From the IMG/VR virus record IMGVR_UViG_3300028384_000913, positions 1 to 54,585 of that record: a stretch of 54,585 nucleotides of DNA. The stretch is one strand, 5' to 3'. The stretch's first letter is position 1, and each line of letters starts with the position of its first letter. Under the pieces are notes generated by a model, which was not told the origin of the DNA, did not search any database, and saw only the letters and a list, made by a program, of their open reading frames with translations. Origin of the DNA: a virus (lineage: Duplodnaviria > Caudoviricetes). Positions 38,007 to 49,600 of this stretch are shown here, one piece after another. A program made the position numbers and the translations under genes.

Positions 38007-38645
38007 TTAGGAAATCAGTCCGAGAACTGTTTCTGTCATGTTACCTGCGTTTGAACCGCCTGAGGTAGAGGCACGAACTGTAACTGTGTGTGCTGGATCA
38101 CCATTAAGTGTTGAATCACCAACTGCGTAATACGCGTTTGCTGTTGTACCTAACTGTGAGAAACTGATTTCTGCATTACAGTTTGATACGATTGCCTGAT
38201 TTACTTCAGACATATCACAATACTCGACTACAAGACCTGGAGCACCTGTTGCTGCTGTTGAGGTCAAGTTTGCCATTTGATTAATGCCGTGTTCTGCATT
38301 TGAGAACTTACAGTTAATAAAGTGAAGCTTTACTGCTGTGTTACCTTCTTTAGTTACACAAGCTGCACCGCCAGCGGCGTTTGCATCTGAGCCTCTAAAA
38401 TGAATGTTCTTAAAGGTAATTGTCCCTGAAGAACCGTCTGCAATTGTTACATCGCCATCAATGATTACTGAATCACGATCGCCCATTCCAATATACGCAT
38501 AATTTGTTGCAACTAGACCAGTGTTTGCTGAATATTCACCTGGATACATGTGTACTTCGCTACCACCGTCTGTAAGAGCTGCTGTTGGGATGTCATTGAT
38601 TGAAAAACCAAATCCATTAAATCCACGTTGATCTACGACTGCCAT
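38007..38645 (-). CDS. Pectin-lyase-like beta-helix protein (possibly virion-associated)
   Basis: I..A......V...PG.Y helix-cap motif followed by beta-helix-like rungs; has its own promoter and RBS. Confidence 0.55.
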   Translation of the reverse strand: MAVVDQRGFNGFGFSINDIPTAALTDGGSEVHMYPGEYSANTGLVATNYAYIGMGDRDSVIIDGDVTIADGSSGTITFKNIHFRGSDANAAGGAACVTKEGNTAVKLHFINCKFSNAEHGINQMANLTSTAATGAPGLVVEYCDMSEVNQAIVSNCNAEISFSQLGTTANAYYAVGDSTLNGDPAHTVTVRASTSGGSNAGNMTETVLGLIS

Positions 38646-38676
38646 ATTAGTCTCCTTATTTAAGATTTGTGATCAT

Positions 38677-38705
38677 ATTGTCACAAACTTTTATGTTTAT
38701 GTCAA
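38677..38705 (-). promoter_or_regulatory. Sigma70-like promoter overlapped by a palindrome
   Basis: TTGACA-N17-GACAAT with TGn on the minus strand; TTTGTGA-N8-TCACAAA at 38666-38687. Confidence 0.65.
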
Positions 38706-38708
38706 AAT

Positions 38709-38903
38709 TTATTTTTTACGTTTCTTACCCGCTGCGCTGAGAGCTATTGCTACTGCTTGACGCCGCTGGGCTTCTTTACGAGAGATACCCTGTTTTTTGG
38801 CTAAAGTACTAATACCTTTAGACCGAGCCTTTGATGGTTTTTTCATTAGCTCTTTAATATTTTTAGATACTGTCTTCTGACTCTTGCCCTTTTTCAGCGG
38901 CAT
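38709..38903 (-). CDS. Small basic phage protein (MPLKKG...QAVAIALS family)
   Basis: MPLKKGKSQK..S.NI.EL and QAVAIALS.AGK motifs. Confidence 0.75.
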   Translation of the reverse strand: MPLKKGKSQKTVSKNIKELMKKPSKARSKGISTLAKKQGISRKEAQRRQAVAIALSAAGKKRKK

Positions 38904-39228
38904 CTTGTTCTTCCTTTACCATCTTAAATGAAGGAGGTAACATATCGTCTTCATCTACTGTGATTGTCATTGATTCTGCTTCTGGTTCAGGAGTATATTG
39001 TATAACAATTTCCTCTTTTTCTGGCTCAGGAGAATCTATGCTGTATACTAAATAATCTCTTGCAGTATTCATATAGGCACTACATACTGCTAATTTATTT
39101 GTCCACCATGTCGGTAATTCTGCAGTTGAATCTGCTGGTAATGATTCGAGGATACTGTTACCATCTTCGCATATAGCCATTACCATTCTACGGGCTGATG
39201 CAACATCTACGTGTCCGTCTTTTTTCAT
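38863..39228 (-). CDS. Hypothetical acidic protein
   Basis: GH.DVASA and LP.WWTNKLAV motifs; coupled to both neighbours. Confidence 0.7.
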   Translation of the reverse strand: MKKDGHVDVASARRMVMAICEDGNSILESLPADSTAELPTWWTNKLAVCSAYMNTARDYLVYSIDSPEPEKEEIVIQYTPEPEAESMTITVDEDDMLPPSFKMVKEEQDAAEKGQESEDSI

Positions 39229-39434
39229 TTTCTTTTCCTTTTAAATCCAATAGGCTTGGAATACTTAATAGGAAATCCAAGCGAGCGTTCTTTATTAATA
39301 AATCTTTCAAGAGTAGGATAACTTAATTTTCCTGATGTGGCAAGACTAGATATCTTCTTATTTCTTCTAATACCCTTGTTTGGGAATCTTAAAAATTTAA
39401 ACTTTCCAACTTTGCTAATAGTTTTTGCTGCCAT
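39225..39434 (-). CDS. Small basic protein
   Basis: ATG 39434 overlaps the radical SAM stop (TAATG); K/R-rich. Confidence 0.65.
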   Translation of the reverse strand: MAAKTISKVGKFKFLRFPNKGIRRNKKISSLATSGKLSYPTLERFINKERSLGFPIKYSKPIGFKRKRK

Positions 39435-40420
39435 TAATTTCCCCACTGGTTTTTAGAGTCAAATATTGTTTTTTCACCAGTTTTCAAATTTTCCTCTGTT
39501 TTCTCTATAGATGAAACAATCTTACCACACTGTGACTTACATAAGGAAAAAGACCGTTCATATCCTTGAAGAAAATTCTGTAGTTTATTCCAGTAATCAT
39601 AACTTATTATTTTTTGGATGGGAACCTCAAAACCGTTAAACATGCGTTCAAACTTAGGCGGGTAATAAAATCTATCATTTTGCTGATCATAGTAATGACC
39701 CCCTGTCCAACAACACCTAAATACTAATCCTTCAGGAGATATATACCACTTACCCCAATCATCCCAAACACAATGAATTTGTCTTTTAGCTTCTTGATAT
39801 GCTTTTGTTTTCTTAGAGTGAACGAAAGATCCTGATTTAGGAGCAAAAACATCTCTAGAAGTTTTGACGGTAGAAAAAGTTGTGAACCCAGTTTCTTCAG
39901 CTAACTGCCTAGCCTGCTCCACTTGATGCTTGTTGTGTTCAAATACAATATATTTCCAGTGGACTTGGGCTTGAGTTGTATTGATAACTGATTTTGCATT
40001 TTCAAAAACGTTCTCGAACTTAGTATTAATCCGGTATATGTGATGAGTGTCCCATAAACCGTCTAAATCAAAATTTATTATATCATGTCTATCTAGTATA
40101 TTACCAACATCTGTCCAATAGTCGTGACCGTGTATACCGCCATTAGTGTGAATTAGTAAACGTACACCTCGTGATTTAACGTATGAAATGATTTCTCTAA
40201 ACTGCTTATTCATAATAGAATCACCAAAGTTCCCATTAAGAACAAGCCATTGTAAATTATCTAAAAGCTCTGGATTGAAAAGTTGCTTAAATCTGTCGAG
40301 AGAGATTGTATATTTAGAATCGTTTAAATTTACTGATAAAGGTTTTTGTCTATGACAGGCAGGACACTTAGCATTACACCGAAACGTAAGCTCTGTAGTA
40401 AGTTGTCTAATATTTCGCAT
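39434..40420 (-). CDS. Radical SAM protein with twitch/SPASM-like domain
   Basis: CNAKCPAC, GNFGD, HTNG, F.LDG, FEHN.HQ; C-terminal C.......YI..EG.V..CCW...C...C. Confidence 0.9.
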   Translation of the reverse strand: MRNIRQLTTELTFRCNAKCPACHRQKPLSVNLNDSKYTISLDRFKQLFNPELLDNLQWLVLNGNFGDSIMNKQFREIISYVKSRGVRLLIHTNGGIHGHDYWTDVGNILDRHDIINFDLDGLWDTHHIYRINTKFENVFENAKSVINTTQAQVHWKYIVFEHNKHQVEQARQLAEETGFTTFSTVKTSRDVFAPKSGSFVHSKKTKAYQEAKRQIHCVWDDWGKWYISPEGLVFRCCWTGGHYYDQQNDRFYYPPKFERMFNGFEVPIQKIISYDYWNKLQNFLQGYERSFSLCKSQCGKIVSSIEKTEENLKTGEKTIFDSKNQWGN

Positions 40421-40423
40421 AAA

Positions 40424-41926
40424 TTAAGGTCTCGGGCATAAGGCGTCAATAATAACAGTTAAACCGTTTGGTAATGAGGGGTCTGTAAAAGTAACAGAAG
40501 CATCTGAAGAATCATAAACAAAGTCATTATTTGACGTTCCTGGATCATCAGGATGTTGATATACACCATCTACATAAACATTAACTTTTTCAATATCTGT
40601 CGGTATTTGAGTAGCAGAAGGAGTATTTACAAAAAACACATTAGATCCAGAAGTTGTTATAACATTAACTTTTTTAACTAGACCTACCCCAGAATCTACA
40701 TTTTGATTAACAACATTAATATTAGCATTAAGTCTAGTAAAGGTAGCGTAGTCGTTTGCTACAAGATCTACACCGTTAACATTAGCTGTTGTTCCGATGT
40801 TGATAGATTGATCAACAAAAACATCGCCTGTATCTCGAACCGAGAAAAGAGCATCGTCTTTTGTAACATTATTAGGATCATCTTCGGCATCATATACGCC
40901 TAAGAAGTTACCTGTTTCAGAATCATTCCAGTCTAAGAAGAAACCAATTGATTGTAATGATCTAACGACAATAGAGTTTTGTCTATCTGCAAAAACATCA
41001 TCATCTAGATCAATTTGATTACCACCGTTTAGATTACCAGAGTGGATAGAGCCGTCTGCTAAGTGTAGATTACCACCACTCGTTAAGTTAGCTTTTTCAG
41101 CACCAGATACAATGAACTTAATGTGTGAATTAGTAGTATCTACAATGATACCTGTTGTCTCGTCATCTACATGGCCAAAGTGTACGCGACTAAAATTCAT
41201 ATCAGATTCAGCATGGAATGCATTAGCATGAACATCCATGTATTCTCTGATAGCAATGGTAGCATTGTTGTGAGGAGAATCAGTGATCGCAAACACTACA
41301 CCTTCATCGCCTATATGATCACCGATAAATACATTACCTTCAGAACCACGACTTATAACAATACCTGAGTCAGTAGCAGGAGTGCCTGTTAAATTAGCAG
41401 ATACCACAACAAAGTTATCGTCAATAGTAGCAGTACCTACTCCTAAGTCTACCTGAGAACCGACAACGATTAGGTTACCCTGAATAGTTACATTTTGTTC
41501 AAAAGTTTTGTTAACAGTAAAATTAGTTGTTGCATCTCCAGTAATATTTGTCACATTTGTAGATACTGTATCTACATTAGCCACAATTTGAACTACATTA
41601 TCTAAGGCTGTATCAACATTTGCTTTATTTTGGATTGTATTAGCAGCAACACCGCCAACATTGCCAGAGACTATATTTACATTTGTAGTTATAGACGCTA
41701 TATTACTAGAAGTAGTATTAAGATTAGCAGTAAATTGAATATTATTTGCAGTTAGATTAGCTTGTACTGTATTAACAGAACCAGTAAAGTTTGCAGAGGA
41801 GGCTAAATGCTTTAACTCAATAGAAGTATTAGCTAAGACTCTAGACGTAAGAGATCCATTTGCAAGTTTCTCTGCTGAAACTGCGTTTGCACTAATAACT
41901 CCTGATGTAATTCTTGTTAATGCCAT
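40424..41926 (-). CDS. Tail fibre-like structural protein
   Basis: MALTRI...AV...KLA start, Asn heptad repeats, V.V.GNL.V.G-like fibre motif, C-terminal VYVDGVYQ.P domain. Confidence 0.7.
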   Translation of the reverse strand: MALTRITSGVISANAVSAEKLANGSLTSRVLANTSIELKHLASSANFTGSVNTVQANLTANNIQFTANLNTTSSNIASITTNVNIVSGNVGGVAANTIQNKANVDTALDNVVQIVANVDTVSTNVTNITGDATTNFTVNKTFEQNVTIQGNLIVVGSQVDLGVGTATIDDNFVVVSANLTGTPATDSGIVISRGSEGNVFIGDHIGDEGVVFAITDSPHNNATIAIREYMDVHANAFHAESDMNFSRVHFGHVDDETTGIIVDTTNSHIKFIVSGAEKANLTSGGNLHLADGSIHSGNLNGGNQIDLDDDVFADRQNSIVVRSLQSIGFFLDWNDSETGNFLGVYDAEDDPNNVTKDDALFSVRDTGDVFVDQSINIGTTANVNGVDLVANDYATFTRLNANINVVNQNVDSGVGLVKKVNVITTSGSNVFFVNTPSATQIPTDIEKVNVYVDGVYQHPDDPGTSNNDFVYDSSDASVTFTDPSLPNGLTVIIDALCPRP

Positions 41927-41943
41927 TTTAACTCCTTAAGAGG

Positions 41944-42399
41944 TTATTTATCTTCTTCATCCTCTAGTTCTGCAAAAAACTCTGCCAAAAAGTCTTTCTG
42001 CTCTAAAGGCTGCTCTTCCTCTTCATCTTCAAAAAATTCTTTTATAAAATCCTCGACCTGTTGATCAACAGACGGAGGCTTTAGTAATTCATCCCATTCT
42101 TCATTAACACAAGCTCGTGTAACAAAGTCCTCAATCCATGCAATATCTGTATCCTCAATAGTTTCTACATGGTCTAAATATTGAGTTTCTTTAGCTGCCA
42201 TTGTTCCTCTTAGTTCGTAATATATACCAATAATTTCACCTGCAACTAGTTCATTGATTTTTGGTACTGCTTCACCGATCTTCTCTAAAGGAAATGCTCT
42301 TGTCATCATTTCACCTTTTTGACCGTTTTCGATTTCTCTATACTCACAGAAAACCATTTGTTGGTTCATTTCATCAATGTTAAATTTAATGTATTTCAT
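41944..42399 (-). CDS. Hypothetical acidic protein (possible fibre chaperone)
   Basis: 151 aa between two fibre genes, with an RBS. Confidence 0.6.
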   Translation of the reverse strand: MKYIKFNIDEMNQQMVFCEYREIENGQKGEMMTRAFPLEKIGEAVPKINELVAGEIIGIYYELRGTMAAKETQYLDHVETIEDTDIAWIEDFVTRACVNEEWDELLKPPSVDQQVEDFIKEFFEDEEEEQPLEQKDFLAEFFAELEDEEDK

Positions 42400-42408
42400 A
42401 ATTCCCTC

Positions 42409-43614
42409 TTATGTTTTAATAATAAAGTTTACGGTTGTCGAAGGCAGGGTTAAGGTATGCGTATGACCCCCTCCAGCGACTGAGTTGACGACAGTTACAC
42501 CACCCGCATCTTTAGCGCCTGTAGAAACTGTGATAGTTCCTACGCTAGGATTGGCAGAGCCTGAATCTGTTGTAATTTTAGAAGACGCATTAAGTTCTCC
42601 TATAGTAAGATCTCCTAAACTGATGTTAGTCCCTACCATTGACATAGTTCTACCTCTCATGTCAGGAACCTCAAAAGTAGACGAGCCGTCTCCTACTCCA
42701 AAGGTAGTAGAACATATAGCAAATAAAGCTGCATACGTTGTTCTACTGATAGCCTGCCCTTGGCACAAAAGCCATCCATCTGGAGCAGTAGATCCAGACC
42801 AAGCAATAATAGAACCTGCCGGAATCAAAGGAGCAACGCTAGTATCTTGTCCTTGGATAGTAGATTGCGCAATAATATTAGCTGATAGAGGTCCGTATTT
42901 ATCGTCTTGGTCAAAAATATTAACACCAGCTGTATGAGCAGAGCCAGTATGTAATTTTACTAATGATACGTTTGAAGTAGTATTAGATGAGCCTAAAAGA
43001 ATTGAAATGTTAGAAGTTGCGCTTGAAGTGCCTACCTTAAGATGTGCATTTTGTCTGTTACTAGGAGAAGAAGTAACTTCGTCAAATGCGAAGTTAACTC
43101 TATCAGCTGTAACGCCGCTAATAGCTATCATTGTGTTTACAACAGACCCGTTTGTAGGAGGGATACCTACGTCAATAAAATCAGCGTCAGTATTATTATT
43201 TGCAACATTTAAATAAAGTCTAGCATTAGATGCTAAAGAAACATCAGCAGAAACTGTAGCAGTAAGTTCCCCGATTTCATAGTGAGTGACGTTGGACATC
43301 ATAGAAACGATGCCATTTTCCAATCTATTGCCGATACCTACTCTTGTAAAATTACCACCTACAGGGGCGTCTTTTTTATGATCCGAGTCAGAGATATAAA
43401 GAGCTGAAACATTAGCGTTAGCTCTTCTGTAAAGCATACCGTCTTGTTCGCCTACAGCAACACCAGAGGCAGTTATATTAACACCAGTAGGCGAAGCCTC
43501 TGATCTGAAATTAGTCAGAATTGATCTAAGTGAATTGTTTATCTGGCCACGAGCAGCGTTTAATGATGTACCTGCGGTTGGCTCAATAAAGGTATTTGAA
43601 TCTACTAATGACAT
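42409..43614 (-). CDS. Tail fibre protein with phage tail collar domain
   Basis: PAGSIIAWSG..AP.GWLLC.GQAISRTTYA.LFA...TTFG.GDGS.TF.VPD.RGR ... NFIIKT. Confidence 0.85.
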   Translation of the reverse strand: MSLVDSNTFIEPTAGTSLNAARGQINNSLRSILTNFRSEASPTGVNITASGVAVGEQDGMLYRRANANVSALYISDSDHKKDAPVGGNFTRVGIGNRLENGIVSMMSNVTHYEIGELTATVSADVSLASNARLYLNVANNNTDADFIDVGIPPTNGSVVNTMIAISGVTADRVNFAFDEVTSSPSNRQNAHLKVGTSSATSNISILLGSSNTTSNVSLVKLHTGSAHTAGVNIFDQDDKYGPLSANIIAQSTIQGQDTSVAPLIPAGSIIAWSGSTAPDGWLLCQGQAISRTTYAALFAICSTTFGVGDGSSTFEVPDMRGRTMSMVGTNISLGDLTIGELNASSKITTDSGSANPSVGTITVSTGAKDAGGVTVVNSVAGGGHTHTLTLPSTTVNFIIKT

Positions 43615-46600
43615 TTAAACTCCTACGGCAGTTACCATTACTGTTGCTGTACTATTTGCGTTATACTCACCAGATCCATCAGATGCTACCATTTTAAATG
43701 ACACTGATTGATTACTTGCAGCTGTTGTAACAACGATAGCAGGGTTTGCAACTGCGTCTTCTTGTGTAAGCACTGCATAAGATATTACAGGTCTATTAAT
43801 AAACTTAGAGCTTAACATACTTACAGTCTTTGGTGAGCCGTCGTATGTTACTGTTTGAGTAAAAGTAACTGTATCCTTTTCTATACTATACCTAAACTTA
43901 TCAATTGTAAAGTCAAATTCATTAGGCTTTGAATTGTTTACGATAAATTTTAATTGGAACTGACGGAATGTTTGAGAACCAGCCTGATAAGTTCTAAACC
44001 CGTCATTTGTTGCAGCGCCTATAAATTGTGATGTATCTACATTACCTTCGGCTCTACCACCTGTACCTGTTGCTGCATAGAGCGCAGAGTTATCTGCTGT
44101 TGTAGTTCTGATTAGAGTCTGAGCACTAATAGCTCCAAGTGCTCCTGCATAAGTATCACCAGAACCTGTATCTGAGAACTGAGTCAAGTCAACTAGGTGA
44201 TAGGTATTACCAGCAGTAGTTAGATTAGCAAAACCATTTGATCCTGTTAGTTCACCATTTGCAAAGTACGAAGCACCTAACTCAATAGCTGTAGCATTAA
44301 TAACGCCTGCAATCAGAGCATATGAATTAGCATTAGTGGTATCATTTACAAACTGACCATCATTCCAAATAGCATATACATTACCTACGCCACCTCCAGA
44401 CATAAGAGTTTGATTGTTTGAATCAAATCTAGAATCAACTACAGCAGAGTTGTTGAAACCTAAAACATGCCCTATACCGCCAAAATCAACATCGACTAGC
44501 ACATTATCGTTGGGTGAAGCTTCTGTAACACCTGAGATGATATCTTCATGAGTATCGTTGTATGTAGTTTTTACTTCTTGAGTAGCTTCAATATCTACAA
44601 ATATAGAACCTGTTACAGTAGAGCCAAAATCTCTAATTTTAGTAATATAAACACCATCATCTGCAACAAGTAGATCAGTTGCTGATCCTGAAATCGCAGA
44701 AAATCCTGTTGAAGTACCGTTTGAGTTATCTGTTTGGTTACCTCCTGCAACTGCTAATCCACCTGCAACAGAGTCTGCAAAAGAAGGAAAATTAGACTCG
44801 CCTTGGTTAGTATTTGTTATATCTGTAAAGTCTGTACCAGGAGAATCTTCGTTAAATGCAGACACAACAGTAGATCTATCTGGACGAGTTGTTGTAAGAG
44901 TAATACCTTGCACGCTCTCACTGAAGTTACCGCTAGTATCTCTAGCTCTAGCTAGATAAGTAAATTCACCAAAAGTATCAATTGGAATAGACTTTCTAGC
45001 AGTACCAGCAGAAACTGTAACAAGAGGATCAGATGCAACAAAATTGGTTACTGTATTAGACACAGAGCCAGGTGCTCTACGTATTACTACTTCTTTTAGA
45101 TCCAAATCCTTAAGATCTCCAGAGGTTGAACGAGGGTAGCTCCACAAAAGAGTAATCTGGTCAGTATTTTGACCTCCTGTAAAGTTAAATATATTATCAG
45201 GAGCAGCAGTTTTGCCTATAATATCTTTAGAAACATTAGACGACACTCCTCTAATGCTTTTATTGAGAGGTGTTACTCTAAAAGTAATCGAGTTAGTACC
45301 AGAAGTCGTACCTCTATTAATACCATTTACTGTAAATCTAATTTTACCATCATCCTCAACACCGGTAGCAGGTACTTTTACTGTGTTAAATGAAGTCAAG
45401 TCAGCACCGCCGTCATTAACCCCAATATCCTCAATATTATCAAGTCTATAAGAAATTTCGTAATCTGTAATTTCTTGACCCGTAATATGATCAAATGATA
45501 CGGTAGCACGTACAGCTGCACCACCACTTTGCTCACGGTATAGAGATTCGTGAATGGTAAGAGAAGTAACTTTTTGAATTGGGATGGTATCGACCGTAAC
45601 AGACTTAGTCACGAACGGGCTTCTTCTACCCATGACGTTTTTGTTACGAGCTTTAAGAGTAGTAGTTCCGATAGGTAAATCAGGGATAACTAAGTCATCT
45701 GTAAGGAATAACTTCTCAAACTCACCACCTACTGTTAAGTTGTAGACTCTGTTATTACCTAAGTTAAAGTTACCTGGGAATACTGTGGTATTAAAATCTA
45801 AAACAGCGGTGTTACCAGTAACATTGTGTAGCGTACCTACAGGATCAGAACTAATGTTCACAAAAGTAAAGCCAGCTAAGTTTGCCTTAGGTGTTTCTGC
45901 CAATTCGATTCTGTATATAGAATTAGCTGTTAAAGCTGCATTATAAGCAGCACTTGCGGGATCGTAAGATACATTTACTACTGCAAAAGTGTTGTTAAAA
46001 GCGGCTTGAACATTATCGCCTTCTTCAATAACAGGCACAGTATAGTGATCAACTTCAGCTCTATAAACTGTTTCATTTAATCCAGTTGTATATTGAATGT
46101 TAGCATCTATAGCTAGACCAGTATTTAAGTTTACTGTGTACTGACCAGATGACTTTTCTACACCGTCAACAAATAGTCTTACAAACTCACTTCTGCGAGG
46201 TTTAATTTCTAAAGGTATAGATGTACTTACAGAGTTAAGATTACCTTTAGTCACGTAGGTAAACTCAGAACCGCCTACATAGAAACTATTATTGTTGTAA
46301 AACTTAGCGTCAAGTAGCTGATTGATAGTTACATAGAATGGTGCTGGTGGAATAACATTAACAAGGGTCAGACCATTAGTGTTCTTGTTCTCAAACTTAA
46401 TAGTATTATTAGATTTATCAAAATCTGCTATATTCATGCTTAATTCAGTTATTTGAGTAGCGTGTCCGACAAAATTCAATAATCCTTGAACTGATGCCTT
46501 TTCTGTTACGGGTATTGAAACAAAATCAGTTCCTTTAAGATTATTAAACACACCTGCATCATTCACTTCTAAAACATGTTTAAAGAAGTTTTGGTCAAAT

Positions 46601-49600
46601 GCTACGTTTAGACCCTCTACAGTAAGCTGAACATTACCATCTAAAGTACCACCAGCCGTATCAACTGTAGTAATCGCATTACATAATAATCTGATTTCTC
46701 CGATATTAGTTTGGAAACCGTTCTTACCTTCTAAGGTAGCAGGAGTAGCATTGTCTTCGAGCACAGATGCATTGCTAACTGTAACAAATACAGAACCTGG
46801 CTCAGTGTTAGTAACTAGAGTAGCTCCGTCAGGTCTTGAAATAAAGTACTCAGTTTGTATATCTTGTCCGTAACCTAGAAGCTCAGTTCTCATATCAATA
46901 AGACCATCTACTCTTACAGTACCGTCAACTCTTCGTGTAGGAGTAGCACGAAACTCAAATAAAGGAGAAGGAGGAACAGATAGAGGTGATAAAATATCAG
47001 TATAAGCTGTTGGAGTGTAGTCAATAAAAGTATCAGAGTCTGTATATACATTAGATATGTATTCGACTGCACTAATAGTAACGTCTTCGTTTTCAGAGGA
47101 TCTAGATATGTCAGTTACTTTAAATAATTTACCCGCTTTGTTTGTATAGTAATCTTGTGAGTTTTCAATTTCTCCAAGTGTCCAAAGATCACCCTTTTTA
47201 GGAGCGTCATCAGCATTAAATGAAGTGATAGCGGTAAAGCCTCTTGATTCCTTGTCAAATTTAGCAATCGGATTAAGTGTGCCTAGATCAAAACCTGTTG
47301 AAACGCTGTCTGTTTTAGATAGAGCAAATTTGGTATTACTCAACAAGAATAAATCTATTTTATCATCAACAGTACTAAGAATTCGTAAAGCTAATGCGCC
47401 TGTATTAGCAGTAAAGAAAGAATTACTGAGACTAGGAGAAGTGAAGTGTTCGATAAACACATTAGTATTATTACCCGCTGCAACAGCAGAGTTAGAAGAT
47501 ATTTTACCGCTATATCCGTATGCTATTCCTGACATTTGTTGAGCAACAGAAATAACATCGCCAGGAGCGAGGGATAAAGCATCAGTGCTTGTTGTGAACT
47601 GAACATTTCTTCTTAAATACTTAGATGCAGCTATCTGATACTGCGCAAATCTCAAGGCTTGACTTCTTCTTGTAACACCGTTTAAGTCTAAAGACTGAAT
47701 ATTAGTTATAGTGCTTCTTTCTTCTCCATCGTTTGCTTCTGCACTATCAATTCTTACAGTTTCTCGTTTATAATGATTCGTAGGCTCTACATAACTAACA
47801 TCAACTCCTGAGATGATCTCGCTCTCTTTATTACCTGATATAGATAAAGATCCTTCTCTTATATTAGTCTCATTAAATACCGCCACAGGAAATTCATCTG
47901 GCATGTCTATAGCTAAGGTGAGTTTGCCCATCGAATAAACTAATGCTGCTCTGAAAGTACCTGCTAGACTGTTAATAACATCCATAGCTGCGCCTTCATC
48001 AGCTATAGTAACATTCAATGTGAATCTGCGCTCTTTAATTGCTGTTCCAGACGGTAACCCAATTAGTTGCTGCCTAGTTCCTGTGTAATCCCCCAAAGGT
48101 TTATGCCTAAACGACCCATCAGCTAATCCGTCTACTCCATGAAACTTACCTGTAACAGCATCACACCCGTCACAATACATAGCAACTTGATAGAATTTAT
48201 ACTTGTCAATATAGTCGTCAGGTATGCCTAATCCATAGGTTGTATTAGTTAATAAGTCGTAGATGATCCACACAGGGTTCTGTGTCCAAGAATACACAAA
48301 AGTACCGTCCCAAGTGCCTACATAAATCTGAGGATTAGTAACTGTCTGAACTTGTACAGAAGTTATACCTGCATCAACTAGATAAGCTTTGATAGTCCAA
48401 GTTGCAGTTGTGTAAGATAAATCTGCTGTTAGGGTGCGAGAGTCTCCATTAGCTAATGGAGTCTCAGTTGTGACGCCTGTTGTAGGAGAGACTAAAACCA
48501 CATCTTTAGAATTTGAATTATTGTTTGTAAGAGTTGCTTTTTGAGTAGATCCAGAACCTGTAGCACCGCCGTTAGTATTTGAAGTATAGGCAATAATAGT
48601 GGATGCACTGTTCTTAGACCACGCCCAGTTTTGTGATCTATTGATAGTACCTCCGCCACCAATACCTCCAAAACATCTCCATTCAACTTTATCACCTACA
48701 TTGAGTACGATAGGACCCCAAGAACCGCCAGCGCTTCCTAAATCTACTACTTTTACCCCGTTAACTTTAACATCGACTGATTTGCCATTGCTTGTACCAG
48801 TTAAAGTAGCTCCATCATCAATTACGTATGCTACCCACTCAGCCGTACCTGATCCAGCATTTTCTCTTATAACGTTCCAATTACCACCAGTTTGAGATCC
48901 AGAATAACCAGAATTAGCCTGAGTGATAGTAGTGCTAAATCCTGTATTATAACTAGTACCGGCAGACACTGTAATATCTAACCCGTACCCGAGTACGTCT
49001 GTACTAGCACCTGTTCCAGAAGCCTGCTTAGGTACGTATTGGATTGACTGTAGGTAATACCCTTTAGAAGCACGTTCTGCTTCTGCAATCTCTACATGTC
49101 TCCAATCAATTTCACCAGATGCTAAAGTCGGTTGATTATAATTAGAAGGAACCTTTACTAGCAAGCCTTTAACCATGGAGGTAAAATTAGGAATACCTCC
49201 AGTATGCTCGTTCACAGATTTAAGAGCATAACCAATATGCGCTGTTCTAGGATATGCTTGAGGAGCTTCTTCGATCTCAAACCATCCAAATGCTTGTAAG
49301 TTTTCACTTACAGAAGACTTTTCTGAATCGTCACTAGTTTTTTCAATAGAAAAACGATATCCATCATCGCTTCTGTCTGCAATTGGTATCTCTAGTTTAA
49401 CTGTAAATTTAAAGGGAGTATTAGTCTTACCGCTAAGAGTTCTTTCAAACTCAACGATATTATCAACTAATGGATTGCCTGTAAGAACTCGTTTTTTGAC
49501 TGTGATTTTAAAGCTTAGACTATGACTTCTAACGTCACCATTGCCATTAATTTTCTGAAGCTGGTTAATTACAAAAAAGAATTTTAGAGCATCCCAGCTT

